DNA from: an uncultured archaeon
GTDB taxonomy: Archaea > Asgardarchaeota > Thorarchaeia > Thorarchaeales > Thorarchaeaceae
NCBI GenBank assembly: GCA_964558645.1
Contig: CAZLEV010000010.1
Location: 68,623 to 132,622, forward strand
Length of the DNA: 64,000 nucleotides
Direction: 5' to 3'
Shown here: positions 8,194 through 17,145 of the stretch, in pieces
Layout of the letters: the number at the start of each line of letters is the position of its first letter
How positions within the stretch are numbered: position 1 is the first letter of the stretch
Translations under genes and position numbers: made by a program
Notes under the pieces: model-generated
What the model saw: only the letters and a program-made list of their open reading frames with translations
What the model was told of the DNA's origin: nothing
Databases searched by the model: none

Positions 8194-8407
8194 ATCATTT
8201 CACCCAATCTAATAAAGTCCCGACCTGTTTTGGGTCAGGGGGAGTTCACTCACTCCTTTCTTGCGGAGCGTGGATGATAATCTCCACTTTTTCTCCCGAA
8301 CAATATCTAATAAAGTCATGAAGCCTATTTATGAAATCGCTTCTACTAGGTGATTATGGCTCTTAGAAGCGATTTCATTTGAGAAATACTTGCTCCTTTA
8401 TAAGGCA
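8194..8407 (-). promoter_or_regulatory. Conserved tnpB upstream module, copy 1 (hairpin, TATA/target site, leader RNA)
   Basis: Alignable with 63492-63704; perfect 15-bp inverted repeat 8331-8345/8364-8378; 13-bp direct repeat 8207-8219/8305-8317. Confidence 0.8.
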
Positions 8408-8494
8408 CCTCGCTGTGTTCCATTTTACCATCTCACACTTTGCGGTTGATTCATTATCTCCCGCTCCTACTCTCCTCATTCATCAGGAGAGTTC

Positions 8495-9013
8495 ATGATG
8501 AAGAGAGAAGTGGAACCGAGCCGCGGAATGCTAGCCATCCCGGGCTTTCCTGTGGTCCTAGTCACAGTGGACAGGAACATCATGACAGCAGCCGCCTTCA
8601 GCTTCTACTCCTTCAAGCCGCCGAGTGTCATGGTGGGTATCATACCACAGCAGCTGACCTTCGAGTTGATCTCACAACGAGGGGAGTTCGGCATCAACCT
8701 CCCCCGGGCGGACCAGGTGGAGGCTGTGGACATCTGTGGGAGTATCTCGGGGCGGAAGGCTGACAAGTATGAACGGACCGGGCTGACGACCATGAAGGGG
8801 AGCAAAATCGACAGCTACCTGATAGCAGAGTGTCCCGTGAACTTAGAGTGCAGGGTGGTCCACGAGGTGGACTTCGAGGGCACGCATCACTGGTTCATCG
8901 GAGAGATCCTGACTGCCCATGTGGACGATGAGTATGCCCGTGATGACGCTCTCATGTTCTGGGCCCGTGAGCTGCGGGGTGTGGGAGAAATCATTGTTCG
9001 TAAAGAGGACTGA
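8495..9013 (+). CDS. Flavin reductase family protein
   Basis: PVVLVT...NIMT, EFGINLP, IAECPVNLECRV, GTHHWFIGEI. Confidence 0.9.
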   Translation: MMKREVEPSRGMLAIPGFPVVLVTVDRNIMTAAAFSFYSFKPPSVMVGIIPQQLTFELISQRGEFGINLPRADQVEAVDICGSISGRKADKYERTGLTTMKGSKIDSYLIAECPVNLECRVVHEVDFEGTHHWFIGEILTAHVDDEYARDDALMFWARELRGVGEIIVRKED

Positions 9014-9061
9014 CAGACGGCACGCCCGCTTCTCTCTCTTCCTGTGGGAGATGTTCTGTAT

Positions 9062-9319
9062 TCAATATGGCTCGTCCTCATCTCCGAGGTATTCTGATCC
9101 CATGGCAACCACGATACCTGCAACCACCATCCCGAGGAGCATAGAGGGAAGCAGGGCGTCCCAGAATGCTGGCCAGTATTCTCCGCCGAAGCTCTCGCTG
9201 ATGGCAGCAAAGACGCCGGCGAAGGCCGCACCAAAGAAGATTGAGGTGATGACGAAGCATCCACCTACGATTTTTGCTCCTGTGTTCAACCTAACCACCC
9301 CTCCACGGTTTGCTGTCAT
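9062..9319 (-). CDS. Small membrane protein (2 TM)
   Basis: Two hydrophobic helices and an acidic tail; fills the gap between flanking genes. Confidence 0.55.
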   Translation of the reverse strand: MTANRGGVVRLNTGAKIVGGCFVITSIFFGAAFAGVFAAISESFGGEYWPAFWDALLPSMLLGMVVAGIVVAMGSEYLGDEDEPY

Positions 9320-9434
9320 CGTATTTCTATCTTTCAGTGGTCAGGCTGTATCTCGGACGCAAAAAGTCACAGAGATAGATGGCAGTTCATCCTCTCTGAG
9401 GCATCATACGCCGAGAAAGAGAGGCGAATCTACA

Positions 9435-10352
9435 ATGCAGGAGACCGACCATCTTTCCTACTATGCAGCACAGAGCTGGGTCACAGACCCGGGCGAGTCC
9501 GTTGATCTCTTTGAGGGGCTTTCCAGAGAGATCGAGCTGCTCCGACGGGTGTGCCAGAACATCTTCGTGCACAAGTGGATTCTGAAGTACAACGGCAAGC
9601 GGGCCTATGGTGTGGGCTTATCCGACTTCGAGGCTGCTGGAAGGACCCCAGCAGATGAGTACAATCAGGTCAAGGTGAGCGAGCCCTTGCAGTCTCTGCG
9701 AGATATGGATGATACCCCTCTCACATCACCGCGTCCACCCCTGTCCCGAGTGATCGGGAACTGCAGGCACTATGCGGTCATGCTGACCTCGATACTCCGA
9801 CATCAGGGAGTTCCCGCCCGTGCCAGAAGCGGGTGTGCAGGTTATCTGGAGCCCCGCGATCCCGAGTTCTTCGTTGACCACTACGTCACAGAGTACTGGC
9901 ATGAAGACGAGGGGCGATGGATTCTTGTGGACGCCCAGCTCGATGAGGGTCAGATGGAAGCCTTCGGTATCGAGTTCGACCCGTGCGATGTCCCGCGAGA
10001 TGAGTTCGTGCTGGCAGGAGAGATATGGAGGATGTATCGCGCTGGTGAGGTGAATCCAGACAAATATGGCATCGAGGGAATAGTGGGACCCGACTACATC
10101 AAGTTCAAGGTAGTCAATGATGTCGCATTCCTCAACAAGGAGGAGGTGCTGCCGTGGGACGGATGGGGGCTGGGTGAGAAGCCCCTGAATCAACTCGATG
10201 AACACGAACTCGACCTCCTCGACACACTAGCCTCACTGTCCATCATGCCATCAGGTGAGGAGTTCAGGGAGATACGTAGGATCTACCAACAAGATGACCG
10301 GGTCAGGAAGCCAGCGGGCTATGAGAGCGTGAGATGGGAGATGACGAGATAG
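9435..10352 (+). CDS. Transglutaminase-like cysteine protease domain protein
   Basis: Triad GNCRHYA / DHYVTEYW / WILVDAQ; start re-assigned to MQETDH. Confidence 0.85.
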   Translation: MQETDHLSYYAAQSWVTDPGESVDLFEGLSREIELLRRVCQNIFVHKWILKYNGKRAYGVGLSDFEAAGRTPADEYNQVKVSEPLQSLRDMDDTPLTSPRPPLSRVIGNCRHYAVMLTSILRHQGVPARARSGCAGYLEPRDPEFFVDHYVTEYWHEDEGRWILVDAQLDEGQMEAFGIEFDPCDVPRDEFVLAGEIWRMYRAGEVNPDKYGIEGIVGPDYIKFKVVNDVAFLNKEEVLPWDGWGLGEKPLNQLDEHELDLLDTLASLSIMPSGEEFREIRRIYQQDDRVRKPAGYESVRWEMTR

Positions 10353-10429
10353 GTATCGTTTCGTGGTCTATAGCAATATTGAACACTCGTATTCCCGATA
10401 TTCTAATAACCTTCAGAGCATAATGTAGG

Positions 10430-12133
10430 GTGAGGAGAAGTTCGCTGCGAATCAAAAGGCCCAAAATCACCTGCGGTCGTGTGTGCATTCTTGTTCTAAT
10501 ACTCCTAGTTCTAACACCGTTCATCATCAGGTGGTGGCCCCGTGGGCCGCACTGGGATGGAGTCATCAGAAACCAGCCATCCCTTCTCTGGAAGGTAAAT
10601 AACACGCTTTCGAGAGCCGTGGGTGACGACGTAGCTGTCGGAAACCTAGATGCCGATCCAGCAGTCGAGATTGTTAGTACTGAGTTTGAGCCGAATGAGA
10701 GAACGGGCACATTATCGCGGGTTGTTGTCAGGCGCGGTGATACAGGAGTGGTCAAGTGGTATCACGAATTCATACACCCAGGGATTTCACGCATTGCACT
10801 TGGCGACATAGATCAGGATGGGATGCAAGAGATAGTATGTGCCGTTCAGGAAGAGGGCATCTTTGCCCTCGATGGGGACGGCGAAATTCTCTGGAGTCAT
10901 ATCGACACGTCGATTCAGACGAGGTTCGATGTTGGGCCAGCGATTGCTAATGTGTTGGGAGATACGGAATCTGAGGTTGTTGCTCCCTCAGCTGAGGGGA
11001 GGTTACTCCTACTCAACAGCAGCACCGGTGAACTCCTCTGGGATGCTGACCTAGAGGACACCATTGAAAGCCCAATGGGGGTGGGAGATATCGATGGGAA
11101 GGAGGGTCGTGAGATTGTCGTGAGCTGTGGAGATCACCGCACCTATGCATTCAGTCCGGGCAATGATACTCCGCTCTGGGTACGAAGCTGGGCAGAGCCC
11201 GTCGAGATGTCAGCGCCCATCATCGCTGACCTAAATGGTGATGCAGACGCTGAGGTACTTATTGCCAACGAAATTGAAGTGGCCGTTCTTGATGGTGCAG
11301 ACGGGCATAGCATCTGGAGACATGCTAAAAGCCATCGGGGCATCTATTTCCAGCTCCCTGCAATAGGTGACCTTGATGGAGATGGTCACTTGGAGGTAGT
11401 CTTCTCCCAGGACCGAGATGTCATCTCTGCTCTCCGCGGACATGATGGATCAACACTCTGGACTTTTGATAGCGGAGGAGCTGAATGGTCTAAACCTAGC
11501 ATCGGCGACTTTGATGGTGATGGAAGAGATGAGATCCTTGTATTCGATACCGACGATTCTCTCTTGGCACTCAACGGAGAAGACGCATCCGTTGAATGGT
11601 CGTATCGAATCAGGGATGAGTTTGTTGTCGCTCAATTCACTCCCGCGATCAGCGATGTCAACAACGATGAAAGGTTGGACATTGTGGTTCCGTGTTCGGG
11701 TTCAATCGAGCTCTATGCCCTTGAGCCCCAGGAATCAGGGCAGTACATCTACTGGAATGCTCGAGGAGGAACGGCCAACTACACATACACCTACTCCCTT
11801 GCAGATGTTGATAGTGACTTCGACGGACTGTCAGATTCCTTTGAGCAGTCGATAGGGACAGATATCTCGTTTCCTGACTCGGATGGTGATTCCATGCCTG
11901 ATGCTTGGGAACACTTCAATGGATTTGACCCATCTGATCCTGCGGTATCCTGGGAGCAATTCCTTACCTACAACTCTTCTCTGATTGTCCTGGCTATAAT
12001 CGGTGTTTCGACGGTGACAATAGGGCTAATCATTATCAGAAGCAGGATATGCACTCTGAGGAAGAGAGGCCCCAACGAAGGTTCATCAAGCTCGGAGAAT
12101 CAGTCACAGATGGTCAGCGATGGTGCATCTTAG
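10430..12133 (+). CDS. Membrane-anchored FG-GAP/PQQ-repeat beta-propeller with Ca-binding DxDxDG repeats
   Basis: Repeated GDIDxDGxxEIV units; DSDFDGLSD and DSDGDSMPDAWE; N- and C-terminal TM helices. Confidence 0.8.
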   Translation: MRRSSLRIKRPKITCGRVCILVLILLVLTPFIIRWWPRGPHWDGVIRNQPSLLWKVNNTLSRAVGDDVAVGNLDADPAVEIVSTEFEPNERTGTLSRVVVRRGDTGVVKWYHEFIHPGISRIALGDIDQDGMQEIVCAVQEEGIFALDGDGEILWSHIDTSIQTRFDVGPAIANVLGDTESEVVAPSAEGRLLLLNSSTGELLWDADLEDTIESPMGVGDIDGKEGREIVVSCGDHRTYAFSPGNDTPLWVRSWAEPVEMSAPIIADLNGDADAEVLIANEIEVAVLDGADGHSIWRHAKSHRGIYFQLPAIGDLDGDGHLEVVFSQDRDVISALRGHDGSTLWTFDSGGAEWSKPSIGDFDGDGRDEILVFDTDDSLLALNGEDASVEWSYRIRDEFVVAQFTPAISDVNNDERLDIVVPCSGSIELYALEPQESGQYIYWNARGGTANYTYTYSLADVDSDFDGLSDSFEQSIGTDISFPDSDGDSMPDAWEHFNGFDPSDPAVSWEQFLTYNSSLIVLAIIGVSTVTIGLIIIRSRICTLRKRGPNEGSSSSENQSQMVSDGAS

Positions 12134-12782
12134 CTAGATTCTCATACTCCTCGGCCATTCTCATACACTCGCCTGCCTCTTTCTCCGTTCCCAGACTCCT
12201 GTATACACTGGCCAGAATGCGATAGGCGACGCGTAGTCCGGCGTAGTTATCGATGGCCCCAAGTGTACTGATTGCATCCTCGGTGACGCGCTTAGCCTGC
12301 CCGTAGAGGGCCTTTCCAAGGAGAATATTGGCTCTTACGATGAGGGTCCATCCCACAACCTGCTGCATATCACGACTGTCCTCCATGCCCTCGGCGAGGT
12401 CGAACACCCGTCCAAGATGACACTCAGCTTCAGGGAGTTGTCCACTGTTGAGAAGGTGTATCCCCATGGATAGTGTTGAACGAGCAGTCTGAACCTCATC
12501 ACCGGACCTCTCAGCCAGACGAAGGGATTCCTTCAACAGTTCTTCGTCACTCTTCTCGTCCAATCTGGTCCGGGCATCGTTGATGCGCATGAGGCAGTAG
12601 GCCATCACCCTGTCACGCTCTCGTTGCACATCCGCAGAAAGGTCTGCGAGGGTCTGGAGTATTCTCTGTGCCTCTTCATATGACTCCAGTTCCGCACCAT
12701 GGTCTTCATTCTCTAGTGCCTGCCAGACCGCCTTCTCTATCAATACTTCTGCCTGTTTGATGGTCTTGACAGGGTCGTTCAT
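12114..12782 (-). CDS. TPR-like helical repeat protein
   Basis: Ala/Leu helical repeats such as AYRILASVYRSLG. Confidence 0.6.
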   Translation of the reverse strand: MNDPVKTIKQAEVLIEKAVWQALENEDHGAELESYEEAQRILQTLADLSADVQRERDRVMAYCLMRINDARTRLDEKSDEELLKESLRLAERSGDEVQTARSTLSMGIHLLNSGQLPEAECHLGRVFDLAEGMEDSRDMQQVVGWTLIVRANILLGKALYGQAKRVTEDAISTLGAIDNYAGLRVAYRILASVYRSLGTEKEAGECMRMAEEYENLAKMHHR

Positions 12783-12961
12783 CGTTCAGACAGTATACCG
12801 ACAGCAGTCAGTGGCTCTTTAATGGTTCGATGAGCCTCGATACCACGGTCATCCTGATCCAACCCCATCCGATAATTGCATGGTGACGTATCAAGATTAT
12901 TGCGTATAGTGACACACAAGCATTTCGGTCTGCGCTGGTAGATGGCTCCTGTGACCGTATT

Positions 12962-15682
12962 TCACTGAAGTTTCCATCTCTCAGGGTGATACTTCTCTGA
13001 TGCCTTCCACAGCTGTCCGATGACTAGGGGGATGATGCTCATCAAGAATATCAGTCCCCAACCGACCAGTCCCGGGTCGACCAGACTGAGGAGGCCTGAG
13101 AAACCTGGAATATAGGCCGGGAATATCAATAAGGGAATACTAATTGCGAGTGCCACCCAGACATAGGGGTTTGTCGTAACATCGTTCTTGACCAATCCGG
13201 AGCCAGAGATACGCATATTGAACACATGCCATAGTTGCGCAAAGGCCAGAGTCAGAAACACGATAGTCCCTGTTATGGCTGCACTCAAGCCCAAGATGCG
13301 GGCTGAGATATCAAAGGAGGATGCCACTGCTATCGTGATGATAGTTCCGTACCCTCCGATGGCAAACCAGTGTCTTTGGGTGACAATGGGTTCGTCTGCT
13401 GGTCGTGGTTCACGATCCATGACTGAGACATCTCCCTCTCCCACGCCGAGGGCGAAGGCCGGAAACACATCGGTGACAAGGTTCAGAAACAGTATCTGAA
13501 GGGGGCGGATTGGAAGAGGAACAGGGAGTAAGGAGAAGAGGGCAATCGCCAGAATCTCACTCATGTTACAAGAGAGCAGATAGATGACGAACTTTCTGAT
13601 GTTGTTGAAAATCACACGACCCTCCTGTACAGCGTAGACAATTGTGGAGAACCGATCATCCCGAAGGATGATATCGGCCGTTTCCTGTGCCACCTGGGTT
13701 CCTCTCTTACCCATAGCAACACCTATGTCTGCCTTTTTGAGAGCAGGTGCATCATTCACACCATCGCCAGTCATGGCAACTATCCTGTTCTGTTTCTGGT
13801 GAAGTTCAATGAGGTCCAGCTTCTGTTTCGGCGAAACCCTTGCTGTGACGGTGGCCTCAAGGGCCTTCTCGCGCTCCTCCTCAGACATCTTCTCAGGGTT
13901 CTCAAGCTCCTCTCCGGTTATGACGCGAAAGCCATCCTTCTTGACAAGTCCAACCTCTCCTGCGATCTTCTCAGCTGTCACAGGATGATCGCCGGTGACC
14001 ATCACGACCTTGATGCCGGCATTCTTACAGGCGAGGATTGCATCCTCTACATCTTCACGGGCTGGGTCCAAGAGTCCTGCAAGACCAACAAATGTAAGAT
14101 CCGAATAGGCCTCTGCCTCTTCGTCTTCAACCAGCTTCTGAGCAAATCCTATGACGCGGAGCCCGTCTGTAGCGAGCTCGTGATTCCGTGCCATCCATGA
14201 TTCTCGTGCCTGTTCATCTAGGTCCACCGCGCCATCGCGAGCCAGGGTTCGAGACGAAGACTCCAAGACGGCCTCGGGGGCGCCCTTGACGGATATCCTG
14301 ATTCCCTCTCTATCACGATTGTAGCTAGCCATCATGTTGACTTCGGGATCAAAGGCTTCCCTCTTGATCTGGGGTGACTCTTCGAAGAGTGCATCGGCTT
14401 TGATGCCGGCCTTTCTTCCAGCCACCAGAATGGCAATCTCAAGGGGGTCTCCAACAGACTGGTCATCTTCCTCGATGTCCTCAATTTCGGTGGATGCTCG
14501 GTTGGCAAATATGCCAATCTCAAGAAGTGTGCGGATGAGTGTGTCTTCTCTCGGATCCGCGGGCTCTTCATTTACAAGGAACTCTCCCTCCAGATCCATT
14601 CCCGTACCTGTGATTTCCACTCTTTCATTGTGGAGCGCAAGCTCGGTCACAGTCATCTTCGCCTCGGTGAGAGTGCCTGTCTTGTCAGTGCAAATCACAC
14701 TGGTTGCCCCCAGGGTTTCAACCGCGGAGAGGCGTTTCACTATGGCGTTGCGCCGAGCCATCCTCCACATTCCCCGTGCGAGACCAAGAGTCGCAACCAG
14801 GGGCAGTCCCTCAGGAACAGCTGCCACAGCAAGAGCGACACCGGTTTCAATCATCAGGAGGAGGTCTTTTCCACCGATGATTCCAAAGATGGTCACCACC
14901 GTTCCCAGCAGGAGAGTCACCCATACAAGTTTCCGCCCCAAGTCGTTGAGACGTCGCTCCAGAGGCGTGACCTCTTCTTCAGCCCGTTGTACCAGAGAGG
15001 ATATTGTTCCTATCTCCGTTTCCATCCCGGTTCGCACAACGATTCCAGTTCCTGACCCCCGTGTCACAGCCGTACCCTTGAAGAGCATACAGGTACGTTC
15101 CGAAACAGGTGCATCTTCATCAACTGGTTCAGGGTTCTTTCCCACAGGAACTGACTCTCCTGTCAGCGCCGCCTCGTTCACCTGAAGTCTAGAGGCCTGA
15201 ACCAGACGTATATCCGCCGTGAGGACATCTCCCCCGTCGATGAGTACCACATCCCCGGGAACAATATCCTCTCCGTCTACCTCCTTGATGTTTCTCTCCC
15301 GACGAACGTTGGTACTCACTCCTCCAAGTTCTTGGAGGGACTCCATAGATCTCACAGCACGTAACTCCGTTGCAAAACCGATTGTTGCATTGATGAAAAT
15401 GACTGCGCCAATCGCCAGAGCCTCGACCGGATCACCAAAGATGAATGCCAAAACTGATGCTAGGATGAGAATCCCGACCATCAGGCTCTTGAATTGCTCC
15501 ACCAAGATGTCCCATATGCTCCTCTTAGACACCTCACGCAACCGATTCTTGCCATACTCCTTCAGGCGCCGCTCAGCGTCCTTGTCACTGAGGCCTTGTT
15601 TCGGGTCTACGTCTAGTGCATCTAGCACCTCATCAACGGTCTTGCTCCACGGACTCTCGATAGGAACCTTGTCTGCGGCCAT
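12962..15682 (-). CDS. P-type (IIA, Ca2+-type) cation-transporting ATPase
   Basis: TGES, PEGL, DKTGT, KGAPE, TGD and GDGVND motifs; start re-assigned to MAADK. Confidence 0.95.
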   Translation of the reverse strand: MAADKVPIESPWSKTVDEVLDALDVDPKQGLSDKDAERRLKEYGKNRLREVSKRSIWDILVEQFKSLMVGILILASVLAFIFGDPVEALAIGAVIFINATIGFATELRAVRSMESLQELGGVSTNVRRERNIKEVDGEDIVPGDVVLIDGGDVLTADIRLVQASRLQVNEAALTGESVPVGKNPEPVDEDAPVSERTCMLFKGTAVTRGSGTGIVVRTGMETEIGTISSLVQRAEEEVTPLERRLNDLGRKLVWVTLLLGTVVTIFGIIGGKDLLLMIETGVALAVAAVPEGLPLVATLGLARGMWRMARRNAIVKRLSAVETLGATSVICTDKTGTLTEAKMTVTELALHNERVEITGTGMDLEGEFLVNEEPADPREDTLIRTLLEIGIFANRASTEIEDIEEDDQSVGDPLEIAILVAGRKAGIKADALFEESPQIKREAFDPEVNMMASYNRDREGIRISVKGAPEAVLESSSRTLARDGAVDLDEQARESWMARNHELATDGLRVIGFAQKLVEDEEAEAYSDLTFVGLAGLLDPAREDVEDAILACKNAGIKVVMVTGDHPVTAEKIAGEVGLVKKDGFRVITGEELENPEKMSEEEREKALEATVTARVSPKQKLDLIELHQKQNRIVAMTGDGVNDAPALKKADIGVAMGKRGTQVAQETADIILRDDRFSTIVYAVQEGRVIFNNIRKFVIYLLSCNMSEILAIALFSLLPVPLPIRPLQILFLNLVTDVFPAFALGVGEGDVSVMDREPRPADEPIVTQRHWFAIGGYGTIITIAVASSFDISARILGLSAAITGTIVFLTLAFAQLWHVFNMRISGSGLVKNDVTTNPYVWVALAISIPLLIFPAYIPGFSGLLSLVDPGLVGWGLIFLMSIIPLVIGQLWKASEKYHPERWKLQ

Positions 15683-15978
15683 TATGGAATGCCTACCCGT
15701 TTCGAGGTTCAGATTGAATAAGAGTCTGTTCAAATGCCCTCGTCTTCCGTGGTCTTGCACAGACTACCTTTGGCTGACGATTAGGTAGCCAATCATCCGC
15801 TTAGTTCTGAGTCATTTGGCTTTCTACTTCGTACTAGGTTTCGACGGAAACTTAGTTTTTTCGTCCCAAAAACACCTCGTACCAATCAATCTGAATTATT
15901 CCCTCACTATCTAGCTGATTGTTTAAACATACCGTGCTATATCAAAAAGATTAAGTGTATACTTTCCATACTCATATT

Positions 15979-16212
15979 TGCCGCTTGAGGAGTACGCTAA
16001 CGACAGGCGTGCTGAGTCGGTTCGTGTTGAGTAAGACCGACAACACGGTCAAAAATCGGTCAAACGACGAACACAGCACGAACGGCTGACCGACGGAAAG
16101 CAGCATCCAGTAAGAGTCTGCCAGATCGATGGGCAGACAATCGCGTTTCAAAGATGCTGTAGAACGAGCGAGAAAATGTCGGTAGCCTGTCGAGGCTTAG
16201 ACTCAAGCGGCA
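15979..16212 (+). ncRNA. Unassigned highly structured RNA (~234 nt)
   Basis: Nested stems TGCCGCTTGAG/CTCAAGCGGCA, CGACAGGC/GCCTGTCG, TTCGTGTTG/CAGCACGAA, ACCGAC/GTCGGT, CAGCATC/GATGCTG, GTCTGCC/GGCAGAC; G-U pairs favour the + strand; A-rich/TTAA promoter-like site upstream and T-tract downstream. Confidence 0.65.
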
Positions 16213-16253
16213 TTTTCTGTTTTGGCTTACTAATCCAATTCCATAGCGGGCTA

Positions 16254-17030
16254 TTAGAGCTCAAACGAACGAGGCGCAAGACCGAGATACTCTCTGATGT
16301 TGTAGATGTGTTCACGTTCATGCTCAAGGAATCGACGTAGGACTTTGTATAGTGACCATCTCTCACTGGGATAGATTGTATAGTCTATCCGAGTGAATTC
16401 GCCCTCCTTCTTTTCGGGCAGCAATCGTTTCAGGGTCCTGATGCAGGCTGTTCTGACCCCTCCCAGTCTTTCAAGTATCGGCAGCTCATCCGCTTCTGAC
16501 ATCTCCATTCCCAAGTTCATCTGGTATAGCTGGTCTGCCTCCTCACCCAATCGAGAGAGATAGAACTCCTCGGCATTACATACATGAGCAAGTATGTCCA
16601 ATATGCTCCTTTGCTTCCCTTCAGGAGTTCTGGACAAGGTCTTTCTATCAAGGTCTACTACAGTATTCACAAGGTCTTCCCTGTTATGACCCATATAGCG
16701 TTCCAGAATCTCAAAGCACTTCTCGTCAACAGTCTGTCTGTCAAACTCAAAGAATGCCACTTCCCCGCCTGATTCTCCCAGTTCAGACACTCCCTCCACT
16801 TCTTCTACGACTCGAATAAGAGAGTTTGACAACGGGGGAACTGGCTCCTTGTGTCTTCTCAGCCATCTGAGATGGTATTCGAGTTCTTCTTGAAGGTCTT
16901 GCAGGAGTACCTCTCTTTTCTGAGCTCGGGCATGGGTTCCGGGAAACTCGGTCAACCTGCCGTACCACAGGCCTGTATTCCCGTGCTCTATCGCGGCTTC
17001 AATATCTCTCGTCGGCATCGTGAACACCAT
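16254..17030 (-). CDS. HicB-like N-terminal domain fused to a DinB-family domain
   Basis: LTEFPGTHARA...; HVCNAEEFY and RRFLEHEREH (DinB His motifs). Confidence 0.7.
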   Translation of the reverse strand: MVFTMPTRDIEAAIEHGNTGLWYGRLTEFPGTHARAQKREVLLQDLQEELEYHLRWLRRHKEPVPPLSNSLIRVVEEVEGVSELGESGGEVAFFEFDRQTVDEKCFEILERYMGHNREDLVNTVVDLDRKTLSRTPEGKQRSILDILAHVCNAEEFYLSRLGEEADQLYQMNLGMEMSEADELPILERLGGVRTACIRTLKRLLPEKKEGEFTRIDYTIYPSERWSLYKVLRRFLEHEREHIYNIREYLGLAPRSFEL

Positions 17031-17145
17031 ACGCGATTCTGCTCAATGTCAGACATGCTACTCCCTTAAAGAGGGATTGGAACTCCCTCTCTTCCCTTGA
17101 CAGAGTAACCGGGCTATGTCTGTCTTTGTATCCTGTCTTCTACTG

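Noticed and set aside
8919-9434. N-terminal 172 aa of the 477-aa track ORF
   Set aside because: It overlaps the flavin reductase and an opposite-strand membrane ORF; transglutaminase-like sequence starts at M9435.
13188-15788. Long antisense ORFs (e.g. 14334-15185), and similar ones opposite hdr, valS and the giant ORF
   Set aside because: Ser/Thr-rich shadow frames of well-supported genes on the other strand.
15979-16212. RNase P RNA or SRP RNA
   Set aside because: GAGGAG, GGAAAG and GGCTTA fragments are present, but the P4 pairing and the order of conserved regions do not fit; no SRP helix-8 motif was found.
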